In this document: positions 1 through 9,294 of the stretch, one piece after another
Layout of the letters: each line of letters starts with the position of its first letter
Numbering within the stretch: the stretch's first letter is position 1
Origin: an uncultured Candidatus Saccharibacteria bacterium
GTDB lineage: Bacteria; Patescibacteriota; Minisyncoccia; Phycocordibacterales; UBA2100
Length of the DNA: 64,000 bases
Assembly: GCA_964633425.1 (NCBI GenBank)
Contig: CAZWFX010000001.1
Location: forward strand, 74,687-138,686
Reading direction: 5' to 3'
Made by a program: the position numbers and the translations under genes
The notes under the pieces: generated by a model
Databases searched by the model: none
Told to the model about the DNA's origin: nothing
The model's input: the letters and a program-made list of their open reading frames with translations, nothing else

Positions 1-310
1 CCACGACAACGCCTTCCAGTTGACTGTGAGCCAGTAGGCTACTTGCTGCCGAAACCTTGTTGTTTGGCTGATCGTGATTGCCCTTAATGAGGATTAAGTT
101 TGCGTACTTACGAAGCCTTCTTAGGGCCTGATCCCAAAATAACATGACCTCCGAGTCGATGATTGAGTGGTTGTGATAAAGATCCCCTAAGATACAAATG
201 TAATCTACCCTACACTTCTTGGCGGTCGTCTCAATCCCGTCAATCAACCCCCAACAGTCCTTGAACTCAGACGTGACAACATGCGGGTCGCCAACAAACA
301 AAACCTTCAT
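1..310 (-). CDS. Calcineurin-like metallophosphoesterase (Mre11/SbcD-like nuclease), N-terminal part; gene continues beyond the window start
   Basis: Reverse-strand translation from the ATG at ~308-310 gives MKVLFVGDPHVV...ILGDLYHNH...IKGNHDQ, i.e. phosphoesterase motifs I-III (GDxH, GDxxH, GNHD). The ATG overlaps the stop of the upstream GroES-like ORF (ATGA overlap). Not in the ORF table because it is truncated by the window edge. Confidence 0.6.
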   Translation of the reverse strand, partial: MKVLFVGDPHVVTSEFKDCWGLIDGIETTAKKCRVDYICILGDLYHNHSIIDSEVMLFWDQALRRLRKYANLILIKGNHDQPNNKVSAASSLLAHSQLEGVVV

Positions 311-585
311 TCCTTAGTACCATGAGCTACTACTTGGGAATAGTCAATCAAAATAAATTCAACACCATCAATCTCTGCCTTACTTCCAATAGCAGCAGTC
401 GCCGAGGCCCCCTGTACATAAACCACGTCCCCAGTCCGATATCGACCAGAATCTAACATCACCCTCAACGAGATTAACTCCCGATGATTCTCCATCCTTA
501 AAAGACCCTTCTCGTTTCTCGTCTTTAAAGAAAGAGTCTCAGGAACGGAAACAGCAACCTTGTTGTTTGTAATTTCAATCTTCAT
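307..585 (-). CDS. GroES-like co-chaperonin (Cpn10-like), tentative
   Basis: 92 aa, the length of GroES. N-terminus MKIEITNNKVAV resembles MNIRPLHDRVIV. RTGDVVYV resembles KVGDIVIF. The C-terminal AEIDGVEFILIDYSQVVA resembles EKIDNEEVLIMSESDILA. Canonical AAGGGA SD upstream. Confidence 0.45.
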   Translation of the reverse strand: MKIEITNNKVAVSVPETLSLKTRNEKGLLRMENHRELISLRVMLDSGRYRTGDVVYVQGASATAAIGSKAEIDGVEFILIDYSQVVAHGTKE

Positions 586-1688
586 ACGTAAATTCCCTTT
601 AGTTTCAATAACTTACGCTTAAATGGCGAAAGTTGTTTAATGGCTTGGTGCAGTTTAGCGTGGCTTTCCGTGTATTCGGTGATGTTGTCTGGTTGCCAGG
701 AGGGGTCAGCGGCCAGTCCTTCTCCGATGGTGATCATTTTGTCTTTGGACTGACTGCTAGAGTCTTTGGACTCCACGGTATTTTCGGTAGACACGCAGTC
801 AGAAGCCAGCATAAGTTGTGAGGCTTCTTGAACTGAGGTCTTGTCTTCTTTTCTGTCTACGATCTTGTTGACCATTTCGACAAGGCTGTTAATATCTCCG
901 TCCGAGAACTTCTTAAATTTATGTAAGTTATAAAGCTTGCGTTTATCTGGTGGCCAGAAGTGCAATACAGTCTCTGAACCGCGCTCTATGAAATTGCCAG
1001 TCATCCTATTGATGGCGATATTGGCCAATCCGCCAAACGGCTGATCGCTGGGAGGTACGTACTTATCGATGGCCGAAAGGAGCCCTTCTGCGGCGATCTG
1101 GGTTAGATCTAGGTAGCTAAGATGTCCTCGTCCCCTTTGAGTCTTGGAGAAGAAAATCCTAGCTCTAGAGACAGCCAGGGGCATGTTTGTAATGCAGATT
1201 TCATTTCGGATTGCGCAGATGGCCTGATAAAGGGTCTTTATCCTAGAAGTCCACTTCCGTTGTGAGTAGATGAAATGGATTAGCCTGAAATTGGCCCTAA
1301 AAGCCATTAGGCTTCTGGCGTCCTTGGCCTTTAGTGCTGGGGAGATACTGGACTTAAACTTAAGCTGACGTTCTCTAAAGTACGGTCTGGCGTGAAGTAT
1401 ATTGCCCTTTTCTTCTGTAATGTAGCTTACAAATTTCTGATAAGCCCACGGACCCTTTGAGTGTCGCCTTATGGCATCCTGAAACTCAAATTCCAGATCT
1501 AACAGTAATTGAACCTGGAGCCTCTGAGCCTCAAGCGCATCGTCTTTCTTGGCTGCAACATAATCGGTAAATTTTGAAATCTCGTTCTGAATAGACTTAC
1601 AAAATGTCCTGATGTGCTCAGCGGTGTGTTTGTCGTGGACTTGTCCCATTTTGACTCTGGTCTCTTTAAGAAGAAGCGTCCCCGTCAA
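582..1688 (-). CDS. Sigma-70 family RNA polymerase sigma factor-like protein
   Basis: YLDLTQIAAEGLLSAIDKYVPPSDQPFGGLANIAINRM matches the sigma region 2.1-2.3 pattern (DLxQEGxxGLxxAxxKFdP...FstYAxxxIrxxI). The C-terminal LSPFKRKLLKLKGI resembles the region 4 HTH. The start is uncertain: a TTG overlaps the helicase stop, and an internal ATG (MGQVH) is possible. Confidence 0.5.
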   Translation of the reverse strand: MTGTLLLKETRVKMGQVHDKHTAEHIRTFCKSIQNEISKFTDYVAAKKDDALEAQRLQVQLLLDLEFEFQDAIRRHSKGPWAYQKFVSYITEEKGNILHARPYFRERQLKFKSSISPALKAKDARSLMAFRANFRLIHFIYSQRKWTSRIKTLYQAICAIRNEICITNMPLAVSRARIFFSKTQRGRGHLSYLDLTQIAAEGLLSAIDKYVPPSDQPFGGLANIAINRMTGNFIERGSETVLHFWPPDKRKLYNLHKFKKFSDGDINSLVEMVNKIVDRKEDKTSVQEASQLMLASDCVSTENTVESKDSSSQSKDKMITIGEGLAADPSWQPDNITEYTESHAKLHQAIKQLSPFKRKLLKLKGIYV

Positions 1689-3240
1689 TTATGCGAACAG
1701 GGCCATACAGGTATTCGTAGATCGCCTTGCGCTCATCAGAATGCCTGGCTAGCGTTGGGTGGTTGATCTTGAAATCAATCCAAGTAGCTTCAATCTTTTG
1801 GTTTCCGGTAAATGGGTTATACACCAGACTTTTAGGACCTCCTCTTGTAATCCGACCGACCGACTGCGATACCTCGATTTCAGACATCCCACCCACCAGA
1901 TAAACACCCACCTCCGCCACGCGAATGTCCGTACCGGTAGATACGCAAGAAGTTCCTACTAATACCTGTAGCTTACCATCATTAAAGTCAGCCACCACGT
2001 CATTGGGTTCACATTCACGGAATTTCTCCGGTACCGTGTCACGATTGTCCTTGTTCAAAGGCCCATGAGCAAACCCAACTTTGAGATTGGATATGTGCTT
2101 ATATATCTTGGAAAATTGCTCAATTTCATCAATCCTAATTAAGATAGGTTTTTGAATAGAAGCGAAATGCTGAACAATTTCAGCTACTTTGCTTGCGACC
2201 TTTTCTGAATAGAACAACAGGCGTCGAGTTACCTCATTGGCATCTCCTGAGTTACAGATTTCATCTGGTTCTAGTTCAATGAAGGAAAACTTGGGTTTTG
2301 AAAGGAACCCGTCATCCACCAGGGATTTCAGGGTTTTTGAGTAGACTGCGGTACCGGCGAGTCCTTCCAGCAATAGGTCCTTGCCGTCGTTTCTGAGGAG
2401 TGTGGCGGTTACGAAGAATCTATACGGAGCATTACAGGCCAGTCCTGCGGCGACCTTCTCTTGTGTGGCGGCGGCGATCATATGGGCTTCGTCTACGATA
2501 AAGACCTGGCATTTAGATAGGGCGTCCCATTCTTTAGAATTTGGTTCTACTCTAACCAGCGAGTCGTCTATTCCTATTGTAATTAGCTTATTGACCGTCT
2601 TTTTACCACCACCAAAAAAACCAACGTATTTGTCTCCTAAATGATACTTAAATTCATCATACATCTGCTTTGCGATAGATGTTGATGGTACCATAATTAG
2701 CGTTTTTAGCGCCAATTCCTTAATCACATCAAGAATTATCCTACTCTTACCTCCACCAGTAGCGAGTTCGATAGATGCTGGGCCATATGGAGCAGAGTCT
2801 ATTAAGATCCTGGCTGCTTCTTGCTGATATGGTCTACTGGGGTTCTTGGGAACATTCTTCCACGGAATAAGATCGGGTTCTGGTAATGAGTAAGATCGCC
2901 TGGGAGATCCCGTGTTTAGGATGTCAGCAACCCTTTTTGCAAGTCCGGAATAAACCCAATATCCCTTGCTGTCGTTCTTTAATAGGCATTGATACTCATC
3001 CTTTTCAATAGATAAGATCCTCTGTTTTACCCAATCCAGCTTTCGAAAATACGCCCATTTCCCCATCTTCTGTACCAAAAAGTCCTGATCTCTTAAAAGA
3101 GACTGGAGTTGCTTTCTGGTTCTGTTCAACAGAAAAGACACCTGCTTGTCTTTGTATGTTAACTCAGAAGTCAGGAGCTTAAGAGTTCCTGTGTCGATTG
3201 TGTGGATCCTGAGCTTTAACGGTGTTTCTAGTTCTAACAC
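1666..3240 (-). CDS. SF2 DEAD/DEAH-box DNA helicase (UvsW/type III res-like)
   Basis: Walker A LATGGGKS, Walker B/DEAH box FIVDEAH, helicase C-domain motifs (VLVGTSCVSTGTDI, QSVGRITR). GTG start at 3240, preceded by GGCTATAG on the minus strand. Confidence 0.8.
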   Translation of the reverse strand: MLELETPLKLRIHTIDTGTLKLLTSELTYKDKQVSFLLNRTRKQLQSLLRDQDFLVQKMGKWAYFRKLDWVKQRILSIEKDEYQCLLKNDSKGYWVYSGLAKRVADILNTGSPRRSYSLPEPDLIPWKNVPKNPSRPYQQEAARILIDSAPYGPASIELATGGGKSRIILDVIKELALKTLIMVPSTSIAKQMYDEFKYHLGDKYVGFFGGGKKTVNKLITIGIDDSLVRVEPNSKEWDALSKCQVFIVDEAHMIAAATQEKVAAGLACNAPYRFFVTATLLRNDGKDLLLEGLAGTAVYSKTLKSLVDDGFLSKPKFSFIELEPDEICNSGDANEVTRRLLFYSEKVASKVAEIVQHFASIQKPILIRIDEIEQFSKIYKHISNLKVGFAHGPLNKDNRDTVPEKFRECEPNDVVADFNDGKLQVLVGTSCVSTGTDIRVAEVGVYLVGGMSEIEVSQSVGRITRGGPKSLVYNPFTGNQKIEATWIDFKINHPTLARHSDERKAIYEYLYGPVRIIDGDASS

Positions 3241-3516
3241 GTACAGTCTATAGCCAAATCGATAGACACACGTATCGCCAGGAGAGCCACCGTTCGCCGG
3301 TACCTTTCCTGGAAACCCAGATCTTGGGTTCCGGAAAAATCGCTTCGAAGTTTTCTTGTATCTTGGATGACTAGAAAGTAGAATGCCTGTTCGTGAGGCT
3401 TCCTTGGCAATCCCAATCCATGTGTGTTTTTGGGTTTTTGGGTTTTGGGAGACTCGGATTGGTCTCGATAAGGTTTCTTATATCTAAACCCTATCAAATC
3501 ATCAACTAACGTTTCT

Positions 3517-3529
3517 TATTATATCACAT
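3517..3529 (-). promoter_or_regulatory. Extended -10 promoter (TGaTATAAT) reading leftward toward the helicase operon
   Basis: The minus strand reads TGTGATATAATAA. The TATAAT hexamer is perfect, and the TG sits one base upstream (TGnTATAAT). It lies in the 400-nt divergent region between the helicase and DUF1376 genes. Confidence 0.4.
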
Positions 3530-3595
3530 TTTCGGAAAAGATTCTGTAGTGCCGCTTACACTTTGGTGCGATTTGTCAATTTGTGTCTTTTGCCA

Positions 3596-3624
3596 TTGAC
3601 TACCAGAAACCAAACCACTAGGCT
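3596..3624 (+). promoter_or_regulatory. Sigma70-like promoter TTGACT-17-TAGGCT for the rightward replication operon
   Basis: TTGACT at ~3596, a 17-nt spacer, then TAGGCT. The ATG at 3637 is only ~5-6 nt past the predicted transcription start (near-leaderless). Confidence 0.35.
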
Positions 3625-3636
3625 CTTCCATGTAAA

Positions 3637-4458
3637 ATGACCGCTCAGCTCAAAACCGTGCCCTTCTACCTACAGGCCTGGACTCAAGACGAGTTCGTAA
3701 AAACTCTTACGGCAAGAGAGACTGGTATCTATTGGAAATTACTGGTGTTTCAGGCAGAAAACGGGTCTATCCCAGTAGATTTGGCGTCTATGTCGGCGGA
3801 TCTTGGGGTGCCGATCGTGGAGCTGAAGGAGGACTGGCCGAAGCTAAGTGGGAAGTTTCAGCTTGGGGAGGATGGGCGGCTGAGGAACCGAAAGATGCAG
3901 ATGGCGATAGAGTATGCCGAATTCCAGTACCGAAAGAAGGCGGCGCAGGATGCCGCTGAGGCTTTTCGGCAGGCGAGGAAGGGCTATTACGTAACGGATC
4001 AGGCCATGGAGAGGATTTTAAGTACGTTTCCAAGGCGAAACGGAAACCCCAAGGATGGTCACACTCGGGCGATGTCTATGATACGAGCAGCGATTCATTC
4101 TGATGAAGATTTGGAAAGGATGATTGCGGCGATAACGGCATACAAGACGTACTTAACTCATACATACAAGGCCAAGTCCGATCTGCTTCAGTTTACCAAG
4201 AGAATTGACAAGTGGATGGAGTCCTGGCAGGACTGGGTCCCTGAAAAACCGGTGGTCAGGGAGGAGGCGATTGTTCAAATCCCTGACTTTAAGACTGTAG
4301 ATGAGGAGTTGGCGTGGAAGAGGCAGCAGGGTATGTTACCCAAGTACCCTCCTGGGTCCAGGTTTCCCTGGGAGCCAAGGTACGGGGCAACCCCTCTTGA
4401 GCTGAAGGCCATCAGGGAGAAATGGACTGACTCTAAAAAGAAAGAAGCCGTACAATAA
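3637..4458 (+). CDS. DUF1376 (YdaU-like) phage replication-associated protein
   Basis: The N-terminal pattern FYLQAWTQDEFVKTLTARETGIYWKLL...ENGSIP is typical of the DUF1376 family found in phage replication modules. It is the first gene of the plus-strand block, and its stop overlaps the dnaB start (TAATG). Confidence 0.4.
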   Translation: MTAQLKTVPFYLQAWTQDEFVKTLTARETGIYWKLLVFQAENGSIPVDLASMSADLGVPIVELKEDWPKLSGKFQLGEDGRLRNRKMQMAIEYAEFQYRKKAAQDAAEAFRQARKGYYVTDQAMERILSTFPRRNGNPKDGHTRAMSMIRAAIHSDEDLERMIAAITAYKTYLTHTYKAKSDLLQFTKRIDKWMESWQDWVPEKPVVREEAIVQIPDFKTVDEELAWKRQQGMLPKYPPGSRFPWEPRYGATPLELKAIREKWTDSKKKEAVQ

Positions 4459-6974
4459 TGTCTGATGATAATCAGTCGGAAAATAGTAAAGTACAAATAG
4501 AGACATCAATTGCCTTTGATGAAGGCAAGCAACTAGCATTCCTCGGATGGCTTTTTAGAGACCCCGGCTTGTTCGCTCAGGCGGCCAGGATCGTAAAGCC
4601 CGATTGGTTTACTGACATTTTTGCCAGGAAAGCCTACAAGGCAATGCTGGAGATCGGAAAGGCCTTTCATCGACACCCAGAGCCAGCAGAAATCCACCAG
4701 TGGAGAGGTCTTAACGGAGAAGACAGTCGAACTCGCGGCAAGATCGAACAGATCGTGTCGAGGGGGATTGAGTCTAGTATGGGGTACGGTCTGGACCTCA
4801 TTCGGTCGGACATGCAGTCGTGGCTGATGGCCACATTGTTTGTTGAGACCATCCAGAAGTCTGTTCCGGTATTTAACTCAAAGGATGTCTCCAGGGCAGT
4901 AGAACTAATGGAGAAGGGGATCTTGAAGATCAAAGCCTCTTCTTTTGCAGACGGGATTCACCAAGGATTTTCAGAGTCCCCATCCAACATGAGTCTTGAA
5001 AGGGCAGATCGGCTTCGTCACAGGGAGCGAATCCTAGAGTACGGAGTGACCTTCTTAGATGACGCCTTGTGTGGGATTCGGCCCACTGAGCTGATTATTC
5101 TAGGGGCCAAGGCCGGATGTCATGCTCTTGGACAAAAAATTAGAATGTTTGATGGATCTGTTAAGGAAGTTCAAGATATTGTATCCGGAGACCTTCTAAT
5201 GGGCACGGACGGAAATCGTCGGGTTGTTACGGGATTAATTACTGGTAAGGGTGTGATGTACAGGGTCTCTCCTGTAAAAGGAGAGCCGTTTGTAGTAAAT
5301 GGAGATCATGTTCTTAAGGTTGCTTGGACAGAATTCGATCAAACGCATTACGTTACGGTTGAACAATTCCTGGCTTGGCCAGTTACGTATCAAAAAAGGT
5401 CCAAGCTAATCCGATCTGGTGGCGTGGACTACAAGGAAGTAAATCTACCAGTCGACCCGTACTTTTTAGGAGTCTTGCTTGGAGACGGCTGCCTGGCTTC
5501 TCATCCGGTTGGAATTACAACGAAAGACCCTGAAATTCTTAGAGAAATTGAAAATCAAGCAGAATTGCTAGACTTACGAATTTCTAAGTTTGATAATAAC
5601 GGGAAAAGATGTCCAACGTATCACCTGCCGAAAAAAAATAGCGCAAAGGGCAGACAGTCATCTCTTGGAAGAGATTTGGAGTATCTTGGATTATTAGGAA
5701 AAAGATCTAACGATAAATTCATCCCAGATATCTATAAAAAATCTGGAAAGAAACAAAGACTGAGTCTACTCGCCGGATTGATTGACACGGACGGATCGCT
5801 TGGATGCTCGGTTTATGACTACATTTCTAAGTCCAAGCAACTATCGTTTGATGTTTGCGAGTTGGCTAGAAGCGTTGGCTTGGCGGCATACGTAAGGTCT
5901 TGTATTAAGACGGACCAGAACGGTGTTTCTGGCGAATACTGGAGGGTTTCTATTTCAGGTAATACTGAAATGGTTCCATGTCGTATTGAAAGAAAGAAAG
6001 CAAATAAGAGAATACAGAAAAAATCCGTATTAAGAACAGGGTTTACGATCCAGGCTATTGGAGAAGAATCTTTTTATGGGTTTGAACTTTCTGATGATGG
6101 AGAATATCTTCTAGAAGATTTCACGGAGACACACAATAGCGGCAAAACCCAGTTAAGTCTGTCTATTGCATTACATAATGCACAAAAAGGAAAGCGCGTA
6201 CATTTTTTCGCACTAGAAGCAGATCAGTACGAAATAGAGCGAAGAATTAAATACTCTATTCTAGCTAACTACTACTACAGCTCAGGAAACCACAAACACA
6301 TCGACTACGGTGCCTGGCTGAATGGGGAACTTGAAGACGAGTTGGGTGAGCTTGAAACCGCCCTTCAGGGCCAGTTTGAAGACGCTGTAAAAAACCTTAA
6401 CCTTCTCTATCGTAGAGACGGTATGTTCGACCTTGATGCCCTCAAGGAAGAACTCCTTAGTCTTGTCGGGAAAACCGACCTGATCATCCTTGATCACCTC
6501 CACTACATCGACACCGACGGGGATGAAGAAAATCGGGTATACGCGGAAGCCATTAAAACTATTAGGGATATTGTCTTAAGGTATGAGATTCCGGTTATTG
6601 TTGTTTGTCACCTTAGGAAGGACTCCACGTTTAAGGGAACTCCTACGATTGTTCCCAAGCTTGAGGACTTTCATGGAACCAGCAATATTGGCAAGATTGC
6701 CACGACGGCGATTATGCTTGGTAGGGCGTTTGACCGGGAGCCTAGCGTCCCTGGGTATTTCTTACAGCCAACCTACATGAGGATTACCAAGTCCCGAATG
6801 GATGGCGGGCGAACGTACTTTGTGGCTCTGACTGAATTCAACACCAGAACCAACTGTTACGAGCCGGTATACAAGCTTGGACGTCCAAGTAATCACGACA
6901 CGGAATGGACTGAGCTGGAAAACCTCTTGCCTTTCCAGAAGAGGCTTGCTAGTATTTTGAACATCACGCTTTAG
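4458..6974 (+). CDS. dnaB: Replicative DNA helicase DnaB-like, interrupted by an in-frame intein
   Basis: DnaB N-terminal domain. The Walker A is split: ILGAKAG | C...intein...HN | SGKTQLS, reconstituting GAKAGSGKT. The C-terminal half has the DnaB motifs LIILDHLHYID and IPVIVVCHLRK. Confidence 0.85.
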   Translation: MSDDNQSENSKVQIETSIAFDEGKQLAFLGWLFRDPGLFAQAARIVKPDWFTDIFARKAYKAMLEIGKAFHRHPEPAEIHQWRGLNGEDSRTRGKIEQIVSRGIESSMGYGLDLIRSDMQSWLMATLFVETIQKSVPVFNSKDVSRAVELMEKGILKIKASSFADGIHQGFSESPSNMSLERADRLRHRERILEYGVTFLDDALCGIRPTELIILGAKAGCHALGQKIRMFDGSVKEVQDIVSGDLLMGTDGNRRVVTGLITGKGVMYRVSPVKGEPFVVNGDHVLKVAWTEFDQTHYVTVEQFLAWPVTYQKRSKLIRSGGVDYKEVNLPVDPYFLGVLLGDGCLASHPVGITTKDPEILREIENQAELLDLRISKFDNNGKRCPTYHLPKKNSAKGRQSSLGRDLEYLGLLGKRSNDKFIPDIYKKSGKKQRLSLLAGLIDTDGSLGCSVYDYISKSKQLSFDVCELARSVGLAAYVRSCIKTDQNGVSGEYWRVSISGNTEMVPCRIERKKANKRIQKKSVLRTGFTIQAIGEESFYGFELSDDGEYLLEDFTETHNSGKTQLSLSIALHNAQKGKRVHFFALEADQYEIERRIKYSILANYYYSSGNHKHIDYGAWLNGELEDELGELETALQGQFEDAVKNLNLLYRRDGMFDLDALKEELLSLVGKTDLIILDHLHYIDTDGDEENRVYAEAIKTIRDIVLRYEIPVIVVCHLRKDSTFKGTPTIVPKLEDFHGTSNIGKIATTAIMLGRAFDREPSVPGYFLQPTYMRITKSRMDGGRTYFVALTEFNTRTNCYEPVYKLGRPSNHDTEWTELENLLPFQKRLASILNITL
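5118..6137 (+). mobile_element. Intein (340 aa) with a LAGLIDADG homing-endonuclease domain in the DnaB P-loop
   Basis: Starts with Cys (CHALGQKIRMFDGS). LAGLIDADG blocks LGVLLGDGCL and LAGLIDTDGSL. Ends ...FTETHN, followed by the +1 Ser of the extein SGKT. Confidence 0.8.
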
Positions 6975-6998
6975 AGCTACAGACGACAAAGGAGACCA

Positions 6999-7472
6999 AT
7001 GTACAAAGAGATCATGCAGGCGACGCAGAGACAAACCAAGGTGACCAAGGACGAGTGCCGGAAGGTACTGGCCGAGTTTGCTGAAAACATGAAGGAATAC
7101 CTGACAGCCTCATGGCTTGAGGAGGATCGGGTAAGTTTTTTCAGGACAGGTGCGAGTATTCCTCGGGCAGGCGAGGACAAGGAGGACTACAGTGCCTTCA
7201 ACGACCTGATCGAGAACGGTGACTACGCGGCAGCCATGGCCAAGGCCATGAAGGGGGCTCAGGACAGGATTCTTTCTCTTGACTGGACCTTTGAACCCAT
7301 CGTGGTCTTCTGGAAGAGTCGTCCGTACGAGATCGAATTCAGCGCGGAGGCTCTTAAGGCGCACCTTAAGGAACTGGTATCAAACAGTGCCTTTATTTAC
7401 ATCGCGGTTAACGGGAAAGGTCCGGCGCCAACCCAGCCAGAAATCCAACAGGCCAGAGCCTCTTCAAACTAA
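6999..7472 (+). CDS. Hypothetical protein
   Basis: 157-aa ORF with a canonical AAGGAG SD 7 nt upstream. No recognisable motifs. Confidence 0.5.
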   Translation: MYKEIMQATQRQTKVTKDECRKVLAEFAENMKEYLTASWLEEDRVSFFRTGASIPRAGEDKEDYSAFNDLIENGDYAAAMAKAMKGAQDRILSLDWTFEPIVVFWKSRPYEIEFSAEALKAHLKELVSNSAFIYIAVNGKGPAPTQPEIQQARASSN

Positions 7473-7489
7473 GGCTATATTCATGGTGA

Positions 7490-9289
7490 TTGGAAAACCG
7501 TAAAGCAAAGACTGCAAGCAAGATTGTAGTCCCTAAGGGACCACTCCTAACCAAGAGGAAGCTCTCCGCAATGGAGAGAATCTCCAATATCGTTGGAGCC
7601 ACACTCGGACCTGGCGGAAGTCCGATTCTTATCGAAAGATACGAAAACGACATGCCGCCGCTAATTACAAAAGACGGGGTTACCGTTTTCAAATCTCTGG
7701 GATTTGAAGATCCTCTTGAGCAGGTGGTCTTGGATTCTGCCCGCGATGCCGCCATCAAAACGGCCAACATCGCCGGTGATGGGACAACGACAGCTACCAT
7801 TTTAGCTGAGTCTTTTGTTCGACAAATCCACGAATATTGTGAAAAGAACCCCACCTTTAGTCCGCAGGGACTGATCCGCGAACTTTACAGTGATTACGAA
7901 GAAGTCCTAGAGCCGATTTTGAAGGCCCTAGTGTTTAAGCCAGGGTCTTGTTCCTTTAGCGACTCCAAGGAATATCCGTACGACGTATATCACGGAGTGG
8001 CTGCCATTTCGGCCAACGGCGACAAGCCTCTTGCTGAGGCCGTTATGAAGTGTTACGGATTGGTCGGCGACTACGGCAACGTCTCGATCGTTGAGGCTTC
8101 TGGAAACGCAGCCTACGAGGTCGAAGCTATGGATGGCTATTTCCTGGGGTCTGGGTACCAGGATCTGGGCCAGTTCTACCCAGCCTTCATAAATGACGCA
8201 TCGCGTCAGGTGGCCAGGCTGGAGAGACCCCGGTTTGTTTTGTATTTTGGCAGGATCAACCACTTAAATTCTCTGTATCAGGCCATTTCAGATCTGGCAG
8301 AGGACTTTGACTGTAAAAATCAGACCGGTGAAAGTAAGTACGAGAACCATGACGTGGTTGTGGTCTGTACTGGCTTTAGCGAACAGGTACTTGGGACCTT
8401 GGCCGCCGGGTTCCAGACCAGCTCGGTCCTGAACGTTTACCCGTTGGTGATTCCAAAGATGCCGATGCAAAACGGGCAACTTCAGTTTCTACAAGACCTG
8501 TCTGCTATCACAGGTGCCAAGGTCTTCAATCCGCTGGACGCCCCTCTGGAGACCTGTACGACCCAAGATCTTGGTCCAGGAGTCGAGGCCTTTGAGGCAC
8601 ATGGATTCAAATCTAGCGTGATTGGCTTTGCTGACGGCTGCGAAGAGGCCGTCCTCAAGCAGGCTGATGCCATCCGGACTCAACTAATTAACCCCGAGTC
8701 TCAATTGGAACAGATCTGGCTTCAAGAACGTCTGGCTAAAATCACCAATGGTATCGCCAAGTTGATTGTAAGAGGATCGTCTACTGTCGAGGTTCGAGAG
8801 CGGAAGGATCGGGCCGAGGATGCTGTTTGTGCTGTCAAAGGAGCCATTCATCACGGGGTATTGCCTGGAGGCGCCTGGGCCATGGAGGCTCTGTCGTATT
8901 CGGCGCATCAGTGTAAAAGCGAGGCTTCCCGGAGTATCTTCAAGAAGGTCTTTTCGGAACCTCTGACTCGGTTGTTAAACAACGCGGGGTTGGTGGATCC
9001 GGCGCGTGTTGAAGCCATTCGATCTGAGATTCACAGAGGATTTACGTTTAATTCAAAGGCTCCTCTGGTTTATGACGCACTGAGTCATAAGATAGTTAAC
9101 CCTCATGACGTGTATCTGTACGACTCAGCTCAGGCAGTCTTTGAGTCCATTAAAAATAGCTTCTCTATCGCCAGCGTGGTCGGGACTCTTGGAGGCGTCG
9201 TGGCCTTCAAAAGAGACGACGAGCTGGAGCGCCAGGCCGCCAGAGAATATGCGCAAGACTACAAAGAAATGAATGAATATAAGGAATAA
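7490..9289 (+). CDS. groEL: GroEL-like chaperonin (Cpn60/HSP60 family)
   Basis: TLGPGGSPILIE...PLITKDGVTVFKSLGFEDP...AGDGTTTATILAESF matches GroEL TLGPKGRNVVL...PTITKDGVSVAREIELEDK...AGDGTTTATVLAQ. The length also fits. TTG start at 7490, preceded by GGCTATAT. An internal ATG (MERIS) is an alternative start. Confidence 0.85.
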   Translation: MENRKAKTASKIVVPKGPLLTKRKLSAMERISNIVGATLGPGGSPILIERYENDMPPLITKDGVTVFKSLGFEDPLEQVVLDSARDAAIKTANIAGDGTTTATILAESFVRQIHEYCEKNPTFSPQGLIRELYSDYEEVLEPILKALVFKPGSCSFSDSKEYPYDVYHGVAAISANGDKPLAEAVMKCYGLVGDYGNVSIVEASGNAAYEVEAMDGYFLGSGYQDLGQFYPAFINDASRQVARLERPRFVLYFGRINHLNSLYQAISDLAEDFDCKNQTGESKYENHDVVVVCTGFSEQVLGTLAAGFQTSSVLNVYPLVIPKMPMQNGQLQFLQDLSAITGAKVFNPLDAPLETCTTQDLGPGVEAFEAHGFKSSVIGFADGCEEAVLKQADAIRTQLINPESQLEQIWLQERLAKITNGIAKLIVRGSSTVEVRERKDRAEDAVCAVKGAIHHGVLPGGAWAMEALSYSAHQCKSEASRSIFKKVFSEPLTRLLNNAGLVDPARVEAIRSEIHRGFTFNSKAPLVYDALSHKIVNPHDVYLYDSAQAVFESIKNSFSIASVVGTLGGVVAFKRDDELERQAAREYAQDYKEMNEYKE

Positions 9290-9294
9290 AAATA

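Noticed and set aside
633-821. Short ORFs nested antisense within confirmed genes (e.g. 633-821, 3732-3959, 14168-14485, 41615-41983, 44316-44762)
   Set aside because: They overlap motif-supported longer genes on the opposite strand or in another frame. None shows its own initiation signals or recognisable motifs.
3234-3497. 87-aa minus-strand ORF upstream of the helicase
   Set aside because: It initiates with TTG and lies entirely inside the divergent promoter region, so the extended -10 and the GGCTATAG element fall inside or next to it. Its basic low-complexity composition is also unconvincing. Treated as probably non-coding.
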